DNA of 64,000 nucleotides from Nitrospirota bacterium (GTDB lineage Bacteria; Nitrospirota; Thermodesulfovibrionia; Thermodesulfovibrionales; UBA9159): NCBI GenBank assembly GCA_963699545.1, contig CAVOUE010000005.1, positions 1 to 64,000 of the forward strand, read 5' to 3'. Shown piece by piece: positions 39,758 to 48,794 of this stretch (position 1 is its first letter; each line of letters starts with the position of its first letter). The notes under the pieces were generated by a model. It saw only the letters and a program-made list of their open reading frames with translations, ran no database searches and was not told where the DNA came from. The position numbers and the translations under genes were made by a program.

Positions 39758-41521
39758 GTGGCGCCTTACCTTGTAACCCGCAGACCACCGTGGCAGTTAG
39801 TTCTGGTTTTTCTTATTTTAGCTATTTCTATATCTTCTACAGGACTTCTTTACTATAGCAGCCAGAGGAAGCTAATCAAGAAGGAAAGACAGGATGAACT
39901 CCTCGCAATTGCTGACTTAAAAGAAAGCCAGATTGTAAACTGGCGCAAAGAACGTTTAGCGGATGCGGCCACCATATTTGCAAATTCCTCGCTGACGCCT
40001 CACATACGTAGTCTGCTTCAGGGACAAGAGAGAGCAAAACAGATGAGACAGATTCGCACGTGGATGGACGCTTTCAAGGGCACCTACGTGTATGATGACA
40101 TTCTTCTCGTCGACAAAGACGGACACATTCTCCTATCAGTTTCACAGAAGAGCGAAGATATCGGGCCTGATGAAAGAAGACTGTCTTCCTATTCAATGAA
40201 GGTCAAGAAAGTGATATTTTCCGATCTTTACAAGAGCAAAGTTTCACGGAGAATCCTTCTGAGCATTGTCGTGCCGATTCTGGATAAAGAGGCAAATGAG
40301 ACGCTGGGCGTTTTTCTTTTGCGGATCGACCCGCATGTATTTCTATATCCTCTTATTCAGACATGGCCGACTCGCAGTCCCACTTCAGAAACTATACTTA
40401 TACGCCGTGAAAGGGACGAAGTAGTCTATCTCAACGATCTCCGCTATCGTAATGATACCGCCCTCACATTCCGTATGCCCATACGCGATCTACGTCTTCC
40501 AACAGCAGTGGCGGCACAGGGCAAAGAGGGGATTTTCGAGAGCGTCAATTATAAAGGAACTGAGGTCTTCACCGCGCTACGATCCATTCCCGACTCTCCA
40601 TGGTCTATAATCGCAAATGTCGACAAGGAAGAGGTCTATGCACCAATCAGGGCGCGCTTATGGAGCGTGATGATTGTGATTGTTCTCAGCATACTGTTGG
40701 CTGCGGCGGCAGTCATCCTCATCTTAAGCAGGCGGGAAGAGGAAGAAGAGAAAAGGTATCGCAAACATCTTGAAGAAACGGTGAGGGAACGGACAGCAGA
40801 GTTGGAAAGAGTGAACAAGGTACTAAAGGCATCTTACAAGGACATGGAGAGCTTTAGCTACGCGGCATCTCATGATCTTAGGACACCCCTTATAGTCATC
40901 AGCGGTTTCGTCCGGAGAATGTTAAGGGATTATTCTGACAAGCTTGATCCCAAAGGTCTGGAGATCCTTAACATCGTCAAGGACAGCTCAAAGAGGATGG
41001 AGCAACTTATAAGTGATCTTCTTGCCTTCTCCCGAGTAACAACTAAAGAGATTCAACTCGTTGAAATAGATATGGGAGCGCTTGTTGATAAAGTATTTGA
41101 TGATCTCAGGCCGACTATCGAAAGAAGGGACGTGCGCTTGATAAGAAAACCTCTTCCCGTTGGATATGGCGATGCCTCTATGATTCGCCAAGTTCTTGTT
41201 AACCTTCTGTCAAATGCGATCAAATATACAGAACCTAAAGAAGGCGGGATAATCGAAGTGGGAGGATCCGTGAAGGGCAATGAAAACATATATTATGTAA
41301 AAGACAACGGTATAGGATTCGATATGCAGCACGCTGGTAAACTCTTCGGACTTTTTCAACGTTTGGATAACACTCATAAAATTGAGGGGACAGGCATTGG
41401 ACTTGTCATCATCAAAAGAACACTTGAAAAACATGGTGGACGGATATGGGCAGAAGGGAAGCTTAAAGAGGGAGCGACATTTTATTTCACATTGCACAAC
41501 AACCTTAATGCACCCCTTTAA
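39758..41521 (+). CDS. Membrane sensor histidine kinase (Cache-like periplasmic domain)
   Basis: FSYAASHDLRTPL H-box, NLLSNAIKY, DNGIGF, GTGIGL; no adjacent response regulator. Confidence 0.93.
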   Translation: MAPYLVTRRPPWQLVLVFLILAISISSTGLLYYSSQRKLIKKERQDELLAIADLKESQIVNWRKERLADAATIFANSSLTPHIRSLLQGQERAKQMRQIRTWMDAFKGTYVYDDILLVDKDGHILLSVSQKSEDIGPDERRLSSYSMKVKKVIFSDLYKSKVSRRILLSIVVPILDKEANETLGVFLLRIDPHVFLYPLIQTWPTRSPTSETILIRRERDEVVYLNDLRYRNDTALTFRMPIRDLRLPTAVAAQGKEGIFESVNYKGTEVFTALRSIPDSPWSIIANVDKEEVYAPIRARLWSVMIVIVLSILLAAAAVILILSRREEEEEKRYRKHLEETVRERTAELERVNKVLKASYKDMESFSYAASHDLRTPLIVISGFVRRMLRDYSDKLDPKGLEILNIVKDSSKRMEQLISDLLAFSRVTTKEIQLVEIDMGALVDKVFDDLRPTIERRDVRLIRKPLPVGYGDASMIRQVLVNLLSNAIKYTEPKEGGIIEVGGSVKGNENIYYVKDNGIGFDMQHAGKLFGLFQRLDNTHKIEGTGIGLVIIKRTLEKHGGRIWAEGKLKEGATFYFTLHNNLNAPL

Positions 41522-41640
41522 TCCTTTTAATGAGTGACGAGAACTCCCCGTGCTCTTGAGCTGATACCGAAGCTGAGACGCTGCCTCGGTAACAGCGCTT
41601 TAGGTTGAGCTCCCCCAGAGGCATTGAAGGGCTAAAAGCT

Positions 41641-43002
41641 TCAACCGCGGCCGCTCCGTATTTCAAGGTCTGAATCATCGGTTTTCACGCGCGATGAGCG
41701 GGATAAGGAATCCAGCTTCAGGCGAACAATCTGAATGTGCTCTTTCAATATGAACAGCTCATCATAAAAGGCAACGGACATGTGGATACGGCTGACGGCT
41801 TCTTCGATACGATCAAGCCGGACTTGATATGCTGCGATATTTTCAATTGGCCGGTTCTCCAGTATCTCCTTCTCCAGTTTTCGCAGTTCACGATACCAGG
41901 GATAATATTTTGATCTGTTTCGCCAAGTATAGATCCATGGCGCAATCCCAAGTAAAGGTACAATAATTATCGCTAGGGGGATAAGGATGAGGATTAGGCG
42001 CTCAACGAAAGTTGCCGCCCAAAACGGCAGATAGCCATAGAGCCACGATCCTCCCGATTTGTAAAACCGCTGTGCCTGTTCGCTGATCGGGTCATCCTGC
42101 TTGGTGAGACTGGGGAATTCCCCGGCTTTATTAACCCAACTGGCTCCGCCGTAGATTTCTGTGGAAGCCTTCAAGAGCAGATAAACCAAGGCCGGATGGA
42201 GGTCCTTGCGGACGATAAGATTTGTCGTTGGAGACAAAAGGTGCACGTCGGACGGGGGATTCCGCCTTTGTGGATCGATGACGCCCCTCGGCAACACAAC
42301 ATGCGAAAGGTCGGGGAAGCGGCGGGCATAGGCTTCTGCTTGGCTCATGCTCATCAACTTAATATCCTTTGTGTTAAGCAATTCCAAAATTAGCCGGTTA
42401 TCAGGCGAGCCGAAGGTCATGATCGCGTCCACCTTGCCTTGAAGGAGGGCCTGACTTGCCTCGGCAGACGGGAGATCAAGGAATCCGGTTGGCGGACCAA
42501 TCACACCGGCTACCTTCAGCAATTCAATGGAAAATTGCCTGACGCCGCTTCCTTTTGGCCCAATCGCAATCCGTTTCCCCTGCAATTGCGTCAGATCGTC
42601 GTAAGTATCCTTCCCACGGTAGAAGATCCACAATGGTGTGTAAGTCAGACCACCGAGGGACACAAGATTTGAGGATTCCTCGATACTGCCCACGGTGCCC
42701 TGAACGAACCCCGCTTCCACCGCTTGGGATCTGTCCTTGAGGAGCCTCAGGTTCTCCACGGCCCCTGGTGTCGAACGTAGTAAAACCTGAATGCCGTTGC
42801 GGGCCAGTGCTTGTCGATAAAGCTCACCGAATGCGGCATACGATCCACCCACCATGCCGGTGGCCATAATCAGCGTTTTCGGCGGGAAGGGTTGAAGAAA
42901 ACGATAGCTCATCCAGGATAAAGACATGGTGATCAACAGAATCACAAAAATCGTAAGCGACCACGCGCTTAACGTCAGTTGCCTAATTTTTTGACGACCC
43001 AT
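41641..43002 (-). CDS. TAXI-family solute receptor-like membrane protein
   Basis: ATGMVGGSY, GAVENL, GKRIAIGPKGSG, YLPFWAA. Confidence 0.8.
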   Translation of the reverse strand: MGRQKIRQLTLSAWSLTIFVILLITMSLSWMSYRFLQPFPPKTLIMATGMVGGSYAAFGELYRQALARNGIQVLLRSTPGAVENLRLLKDRSQAVEAGFVQGTVGSIEESSNLVSLGGLTYTPLWIFYRGKDTYDDLTQLQGKRIAIGPKGSGVRQFSIELLKVAGVIGPPTGFLDLPSAEASQALLQGKVDAIMTFGSPDNRLILELLNTKDIKLMSMSQAEAYARRFPDLSHVVLPRGVIDPQRRNPPSDVHLLSPTTNLIVRKDLHPALVYLLLKASTEIYGGASWVNKAGEFPSLTKQDDPISEQAQRFYKSGGSWLYGYLPFWAATFVERLILILIPLAIIIVPLLGIAPWIYTWRNRSKYYPWYRELRKLEKEILENRPIENIAAYQVRLDRIEEAVSRIHMSVAFYDELFILKEHIQIVRLKLDSLSRSSRVKTDDSDLEIRSGRG

Positions 43003-43448
43003 CGTTTATCTCTCTGAGCCTACGTTTATTAGGATTATATTACATTACGTATAATAGGGGTCAAATCTCAATATTATAATACAATCCCAGAAAGTCTAAT
43101 GAACTGAGCGTTTTTCGTGACAAAATAAGTATCCTTCATTGGTTTCGCTCTGTTATCTCGAATCAGCTCACAAATCTTATCGTGCAGCGCTATCGGTCAT
43201 ATTGGCCTTCTGTGGTGATAAGGATTAAAGACGAAGTTCACATGCAATGGAGATTTGTTTGGTGTTGATTTCCGAAGGTACTTTGCGGTCCTCGACCTGA
43301 TTCCGTCAGCGCGGACTTCAGGAAATACTTCGCAACTGGGCGTGGCGTCAATTTTAGATGAGAAAGCTTTTTTTGCATTTAAGGTTTCTGTGAGGTACAA
43401 TAAAAAAAACGATCCAGCGTCGCTGATCTTCTCCTGAGGAGGGTTTGA

Positions 43449-44916
43449 ATGTTCAAAGGGAACCAGGGCTTTGCAAAGAAATTCTCGATGGCTGCCACAT
43501 GTATGCTGGTCGCGACGATGCTTTTTCAGGGGATGGCCCTGGGTGCGGAGTCTTTCTGGGATACCCTGAACCAGCCGAAGGTGAGGAAAGCGGTTCCCCT
43601 CACCAATGAGACGGTGGCGAACCTGGTGGAGAAACTGAAGCCCGCTGTGGTGAATATCAGCGTGACAGAGGTTATAAAGACGGGGAGTCCCCAGGGATTT
43701 TCCGCACCCTTTGAGAAACGATGATCAGTTCAAGGAGTTTTGGAAGCGGTTCTTCGGAAACCAGGAGCCCAGGGAGTTCAAGAGAAAAGGGCTGGGATCA
43801 GGGTTCATCATAAACAGGGAAGGATATATCGTGACCAACAACCATGTGGTTCAGAAAGCGAAAGATATTACGGTGATCCTCGACAATAAGGAGCAGTACC
43901 CTGCCAGGGTCATCGGGACAGACCCCAAGACCGACATAGCCCTTATTAAGATCGAGGCAAAAAGGGACCTCGTCAGCGCGCCTCTCGGTGATTCCGATGC
44001 ATTAAAGGATGGAGAATCTGTTATCGCCATCGGGAATCCCTTCGGCCTTGCGGAAACCGTTACGTCAGGGATCGTGAGCGCAAAGGGCCGCACGATCGGC
44101 GCAGGGCCATATGATGATTTTATCCAGACGGACGCATCCATCAACCCCGGGAACAGCGGTGGCCCGTTGATGAACTATTACGGTGAGGTGGTGGGCATCA
44201 ATACCGCGATAGTGGCATCGGGGCAGGGCATCGGATTTGCGGTGCCGATAAATATGGCCAAGGAAATTCTTGTTCAGCTCAGGGAGAAGGGCAGGGTGAC
44301 CAGAGGGTGGCTTGGTGTCTCGATCCAGGAAATCACCCCTGAACTTGCGAAGTCCTTCGGGTTGCAGGGAGAGAAGGGAGCTCTCATCTCCGACGTGATC
44401 CCCGGGGGGCCCGGCGGAGAAAGCGGGGTTCAAGAGAGGGGATGTTATTCTTGAGCTCAACGGAAAGGCACTGAAGGACTACCACGACCTGCCGCGGATG
44501 GTCGCCTCAATACCGCCAGGTGAAAAGGTGATGTTCAAGGTGCTCAGGGACGGCAAGGAGATGATGGTCCCGGCTACCGTGGGTGAATTGAAAGATGAAG
44601 GTGCGGCAAAACCCCCGAAGAGGTGGAGAACCGCATGGGCGTCTCGTTACAGACGGTCACTCCTGAGATCGCTGCGGAGCTGGGAATGAAGAAAGCTGAA
44701 GGTGTCGTGGTCACCAACGTGGAGCAAGGGGGACTGGCAGGGGAAGCGGGCATTCAGAGAGGAGATGTCATTCTCGAGGTGGACCGGAATCCGGTGAACA
44801 GCCCGAAGGAGTTCAATGAGGTTGTCAAGAAAGCAGATAAGTCTCTGCTTTTCCTTGTATACCGGGGTGCGGCCACCTTTTATGTAACGATAAGAATTTC
44901 TCCGGAAGGGAACTGA
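43449..44916 (+). CDS. DegP/DegQ (Do family) serine protease with two PDZ domains, three frameshifts (~43716, ~44408, ~44612)
   Basis: [49 protein letters not shown] fragments across four consecutive ORFs. Confidence 0.9.
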
Positions 44917-44923
44917 GGGCAGA

Positions 44924-45340
44924 ATGATCTATGTCCAGGACTATGACGCGGTACTTCAGAAGATCGGGGCGGAATATATCGTTTCCGCCGTTCACTACGT
45001 GCGTGATCTGATATCGTGGTCAAGGGAGAAAGGGGTCGCCCTGAACGAACCGTCCCAGACCATGAAACTCTTCACCGAGGGGAAGCGCCTTATGATGTTC
45101 GTTCAGTCCGAGATCCCGGAAACGGTCTTTGACGATATTGTCAGGGCCTTGAGCGTGAGGTGGTCCATGAAGGACAATATCACCGATCCCGCCGTCTCTC
45201 TGAACAGTGTCAAGAAGCGGCTTGCATACTGTTTTCTCAAAGAGTGTGCAAGGACGGTAAAAGACGTGGCCGGAGACGAACTGCTGGAAGACGAATGGAC
45301 CATGCAGGAGATGGAGAAACTGGGATTTTTCAGGGAATAG
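44924..45340 (+). CDS. Hypothetical protein
   Basis: 138-aa ORF co-oriented directly after degP, with RBS. Confidence 0.7.
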   Translation: MIYVQDYDAVLQKIGAEYIVSAVHYVRDLISWSREKGVALNEPSQTMKLFTEGKRLMMFVQSEIPETVFDDIVRALSVRWSMKDNITDPAVSLNSVKKRLAYCFLKECARTVKDVAGDELLEDEWTMQEMEKLGFFRE

Positions 45341-45386
45341 AGCTGCACTTGATCCCCTGATCTTTCCGGTCACGATGTGACATTCC

Positions 45387-46061
45387 ATGAGCGCTCTGCG
45401 GGAAGATAGTGCCCTGCGGGACAGAGTTTCTGTCTTTGAGGACAGGAAGGATGCAGGAAGACTCCTCGCAGAACATCTTGTCATGTACAGAGGCGCCGAT
45501 GGCATTGTCCTCGCGATACCCTCCGGGGGCGTGCCGGTTGCCGTCGAAATCTCATCCTCCCTTGATCTACGCCTGGAGCTGATCATCGTAAGAAAGTTGC
45601 AGATACCCTACAACGCCGAGGCTGGTTTCGGCGCCATGGCACCGGACGGAGGGATCATCCTCAATGAAGGATTATTGGAGCGCCTGGGGTTGTCAGGAGA
45701 GGAGATCGACATGCAGGTAGAGAAGACGAGGGACACCATCGAAAGAAGGAACAGGATATTCAGGGGCGGGAGGCCTTTCCCCAAGGTCGAAGACAGGACG
45801 GTCATTATAGTGGATGACGGATTGGCGTCGGGATACACGATGCTGTCAGCTGTCAGGTTCTTGCGCAGGATGGCACCGAAGACCGTTGTTGCGGCGGTCC
45901 CCACCGGTTCAAAGAGAACCGTGGATGCTCTCCTACCGGAGGTCGACGAACTCCTCTGTCTTAATATCAGGAGCGGTCCTTCTTTCGCGGTGGCGGATGC
46001 ATACAGGAACTGGCATGACCTTGACGACAAAGAGGTGCTATCCCTCCTGGAAAGGCGGTAG
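45387..46061 (+). CDS. Phosphoribosyltransferase family protein
   Basis: FEDRKDAGRLLA, IPSGGVPVA, VIIVDDGLASGYT. Confidence 0.9.
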   Translation: MSALREDSALRDRVSVFEDRKDAGRLLAEHLVMYRGADGIVLAIPSGGVPVAVEISSSLDLRLELIIVRKLQIPYNAEAGFGAMAPDGGIILNEGLLERLGLSGEEIDMQVEKTRDTIERRNRIFRGGRPFPKVEDRTVIIVDDGLASGYTMLSAVRFLRRMAPKTVVAAVPTGSKRTVDALLPEVDELLCLNIRSGPSFAVADAYRNWHDLDDKEVLSLLERR

Positions 46062-46194
46062 CCGGTCGTTGCGGAGACATTCATGGCGCTCGGCAATTCG
46101 GAGCGTACCCTTATGGTGCCTGTTTGGGTTGAAATGGTTTCGGTCTTTCTGTACAATTGAGTATTCATTCGTATAATGAAAGGAGGTGAAAGGA

Positions 46195-46584
46195 ATGAAA
46201 GTTCTGAAGATAGTGCTACTCTCCATGATCGTTACGAGTCTTATTTTCTCTGTTGCCTTTGCTGCAGGCAATGCGGAAAAGGGTAAGGCGATGTTCAACG
46301 ATCCGAAGGCGTTCGGAGGCCAGAAGGCATGCAGTTCATGCCACCCGGGCGGGAAAGGTCTTGAGAAAGCGGGTGAGAAGAAAGACTGGAGCACACCTGC
46401 GGGAAAGACCAAGACCCTGGAAGAGGCTGTCAATCTCTGTATCGTCAATGCCAACAAGGGTAAGGCCCTTGATGTAAAATCGGAGCAGATGGCGGACGTA
46501 GTTGCCTTCATCAAGTCATTAGGCAAGAAAGCGGCGGCTCCTGCAAAGGAAATGCCGAAGAAGGAGAAGGCTGCTGGATATTAG
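46195..46584 (+). CDS. Periplasmic monoheme cytochrome c
   Basis: Signal peptide ending AFA, CSSCH, distal TLEEAVNLCI motif. Confidence 0.85.
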   Translation: MKVLKIVLLSMIVTSLIFSVAFAAGNAEKGKAMFNDPKAFGGQKACSSCHPGGKGLEKAGEKKDWSTPAGKTKTLEEAVNLCIVNANKGKALDVKSEQMADVVAFIKSLGKKAAAPAKEMPKKEKAAGY

Positions 46585-46592
46585 AGCACCGC

Positions 46593-46624
46593 AAAGGGAG
46601 GGAAGACAATCCCTCCCTTTGGTT
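46593..46624 (+). terminator. Terminator hairpin
   Basis: AAAGGGAGGGA...TCCCTCCCTTT. Confidence 0.7.
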
Positions 46625-46817
46625 CAGTCATCCCCCTGCGCTTTTCCTCTGGAGACATTCGGGACGATAAGAAGAATCTCACCTCTTTTTGTTCGTCGTT
46701 TGACCATCATCAAATTTCCGGAGCTGATCTGTCTGATTGCAGAATGCTTGCAGGCATGATATTTTTGTGGTAAAAAGAAAGCAGTGAAATAATGTTCCAG
46801 AAAGGAGGTCAAACGCA

Positions 46818-47252
46818 ATGAAGAAGTCGATAGAAGCATCGGAAGAGTTTCTGAGCATTATCAGGGAATGGCAGGCATTGGAAGAGAAGACCATCGCCAG
46901 CGCCGATGAGCTGATGAAGAAAGGGAAGAACCCCCTGGTGAGCATGACCATGGAAATGATCAAGCATGACTCCGGAAAGCATAAGGTGATGCTCAAGATG
47001 ATCGTCGACAACCTCACGAAGGAGGCGGTGCATCTCAGCCCCGACGAGCTTGCGCCGGTCTCTGCTCTCCTGAGCAGGCATATGGAAGTGGAGGCGAAGT
47101 CCATAGCCCTGGCCAACGATGCCCTGCAGAAGAGCGATCGTATGTTCACGCGGTATGTCCTTTCCGCGCTTCTGGATGATGAGACGAAACACCACAGCCA
47201 GCTGCATACCCTGAACGAAGAGTTGAAGAAGTCGACGATATTCGTATCGTAG
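46818..47252 (+). CDS. Ferritin-like four-helix bundle protein
   Basis: E...DSGKH and E...DETKHH diiron-like motifs; AAGGAGGT RBS. Confidence 0.75.
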   Translation: MKKSIEASEEFLSIIREWQALEEKTIASADELMKKGKNPLVSMTMEMIKHDSGKHKVMLKMIVDNLTKEAVHLSPDELAPVSALLSRHMEVEAKSIALANDALQKSDRMFTRYVLSALLDDETKHHSQLHTLNEELKKSTIFVS

Positions 47253-47315
47253 ACCGGGACAGGGGGAAGATGTTCTTTCCTCCCCTCGTCCCTTGCCCCT
47301 CCTTTTATAGCACGG

Positions 47316-47343
47316 TTGACAAACGGAACAGACTTGCTAAGAT
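47316..47343 (+). promoter_or_regulatory. Sigma70-like promoter for the peptide-radical SAM unit
   Basis: TTGACA-N16-TAAGAT with TGn extended -10. Confidence 0.55.
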
Positions 47344-47411
47344 ATCGGTATAAGCTATGCAGGTGCTGTTGAGCATAGCAGTAACCTGTGCAGGGGAGGA
47401 GGTGAGGCAGG

Positions 47412-47534
47412 ATGAAAAAGACAGTGAGCAAGAAGGCTCTTGTCAAGGAGGCTGCCTTCTGGAGCGATTTCAGCAGGGCGGTAAAGGAAAATCCTGGCAA
47501 GGTATGCCACAAATGAAAGAGTTGAAAGAGCTAA
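47412..47534 (+). CDS. Putative RiPP precursor peptide with two selenocysteines: MKKTVSKKALVKEAAFWSDFSRAVKENPGKVCHKUKSUKS
   Basis: Strong RBS GGAGGAGGTGA; in-frame TGA at 47514 and 47523 in register with Cys (CxxUxxU); TAA at 47532; SECIS-like hairpin follows; radical SAM/SPASM gene next. Confidence 0.75.
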
Positions 47535-47552
47535 CGTTGCTGGTCAGCAACG
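47535..47552 (+). promoter_or_regulatory. Putative SECIS hairpin
   Basis: CGTTGCT-GGTC-AGCAACG; loop 25 and 16 nt after the two UGAs; resembles the E. coli fdhF SECIS apex (GUUGCAGGUCUGCAC). Confidence 0.7.
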
Positions 47553-47562
47553 AAGAGGCGAA

Positions 47563-47629
47563 GGCAGATACGGCAGGGGGACCGTTCAGAGTGAAATATA
47601 CCTTGCTGCTGTATCTGCCGCTTTTATTT
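47563..47629 (+). terminator. Long hairpin with U-rich tail between peptide and maturase genes
   Basis: GGCAGATACGGCAG...CTGCTGTATCTGCC, then GCTTTTATTT. Confidence 0.6.
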
Positions 47630-47667
47630 GGGGGGCGTGTGTCTATCCGTTCCGTGTCTAAGAGAGG

Positions 47668-48738
47668 ATGAATGAGGTTTTAAGTATGTCGATCAATCAG
47701 GCTCACGATTTTTTTGTTCAGTGGCATCTCACCGAGAGGTGCAACCTCAGCTGCACCCACTGTTATCAGACAGGCAAGGGGAGCGATGAGACGCCCCTGG
47801 AGGATATAAAGGCGACGATCGGCGAAATTGAGGAGATGCTCAAGGCATGGTCCGACGCCTATGGCATTGATTTCCGGCCGAGTTTTAATATCACGGGCGG
47901 CGAGCCGTTCCTGCACAGGGATCTCTTTGAGATACTGGAAGACCTGAGGAGGAGACACTTCGACGTCTATCTTCTTTCCAACGGCACTCTCATTAATGAG
48001 GAAAAGGCAAGACTTCTGTCATGGCTTGGCGTGAAGGGTGTTCAGGTGAGCATCGAGGGGCCGGAAGCTGTCCACGAGAGCATAAGGGGGAAGGGCAGTT
48101 TTGTCTCATCGCTGCGGGGTGTAAGGCATCTCATTGATGCCGGAGTAGCAGTAAGCCTGAATGCGACACTGTCCGGGATCAACGCCGCGTATTTCAGGGA
48201 AATGATTGATCTCTCATTGTCCCTCGGAGTTCAGAAGCTGGGTTTTTCAAGACTCGTACCTTCCGGGAGAGGTGCGGATCTTCTGAATAAAATGCTGCCG
48301 AAAGAAACAGTGAAAAGGATGTATGAGCAGATTTTTTCTCATAAGGCAAACGGGCTGGAGATCGTCACCGGAGACCCTGTGGCAGTGCAGCTGGCCTCAC
48401 CGTGTGATGGATCCGACTCAGGCTCCTTTCCCACGGGGGGATGTGCCGCCGGTGTTTCCGGTTTCACCATCCTTGCTGACGGGACCATGACCCCGTGCAG
48501 GAGGTTGCCGATATCTGTTGGAAATGTGAGGAAGGATGCCCTGCGGGAGGTCTGGGCGACCTCGGGAGTCCTGGAGGCACTCAGGGACAGGTCCGGATAC
48601 AAGGGGAAATGCGGGGCCTGCAAGAGATGGGCCAATTGCAGGGGCTGCAGGGCGATCGCGTACGCCTATTCCTGTGCGCAAGGGGAAAAGGATTTCCTTG
48701 CAGAAGATCCGCAGTGTTTCATTGACGAGGGATTGTGA
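47668..48738 (+). CDS. Radical SAM/SPASM domain protein, candidate peptide maturase
   Basis: QWHLTERCNLSCTHC, TGGEP; SPASM GGCAAG...TPC...GKCGACKRWANCRGCRA...DPQC. Confidence 0.92.
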   Translation: MNEVLSMSINQAHDFFVQWHLTERCNLSCTHCYQTGKGSDETPLEDIKATIGEIEEMLKAWSDAYGIDFRPSFNITGGEPFLHRDLFEILEDLRRRHFDVYLLSNGTLINEEKARLLSWLGVKGVQVSIEGPEAVHESIRGKGSFVSSLRGVRHLIDAGVAVSLNATLSGINAAYFREMIDLSLSLGVQKLGFSRLVPSGRGADLLNKMLPKETVKRMYEQIFSHKANGLEIVTGDPVAVQLASPCDGSDSGSFPTGGCAAGVSGFTILADGTMTPCRRLPISVGNVRKDALREVWATSGVLEALRDRSGYKGKCGACKRWANCRGCRAIAYAYSCAQGEKDFLAEDPQCFIDEGL

Positions 48739-48794
48739 CCGCAGAGGATCGAGCCGCGACCGGGCCGACCTAAAGAGCTTCGGAAGGACATGAG

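Noticed and set aside
43722-43724. TGA ending the first degP ORF as possible Sec
   Set aside because: Homology continues in a different frame, so it is a frameshift; not a Cys position and no SECIS.
43449-44916. degP as a true pseudogene or programmed frameshift
   Set aside because: The shifts lie in short A/G/C runs and the catalytic motifs are intact; sequencing error is more likely.
47357-47671. 104-aa ORF in the track upstream of the radical SAM gene
   Set aside because: No SD or recognisable motifs, and it runs through two hairpins. The other frame (47412-47534) has a strong SD and a coherent peptide.
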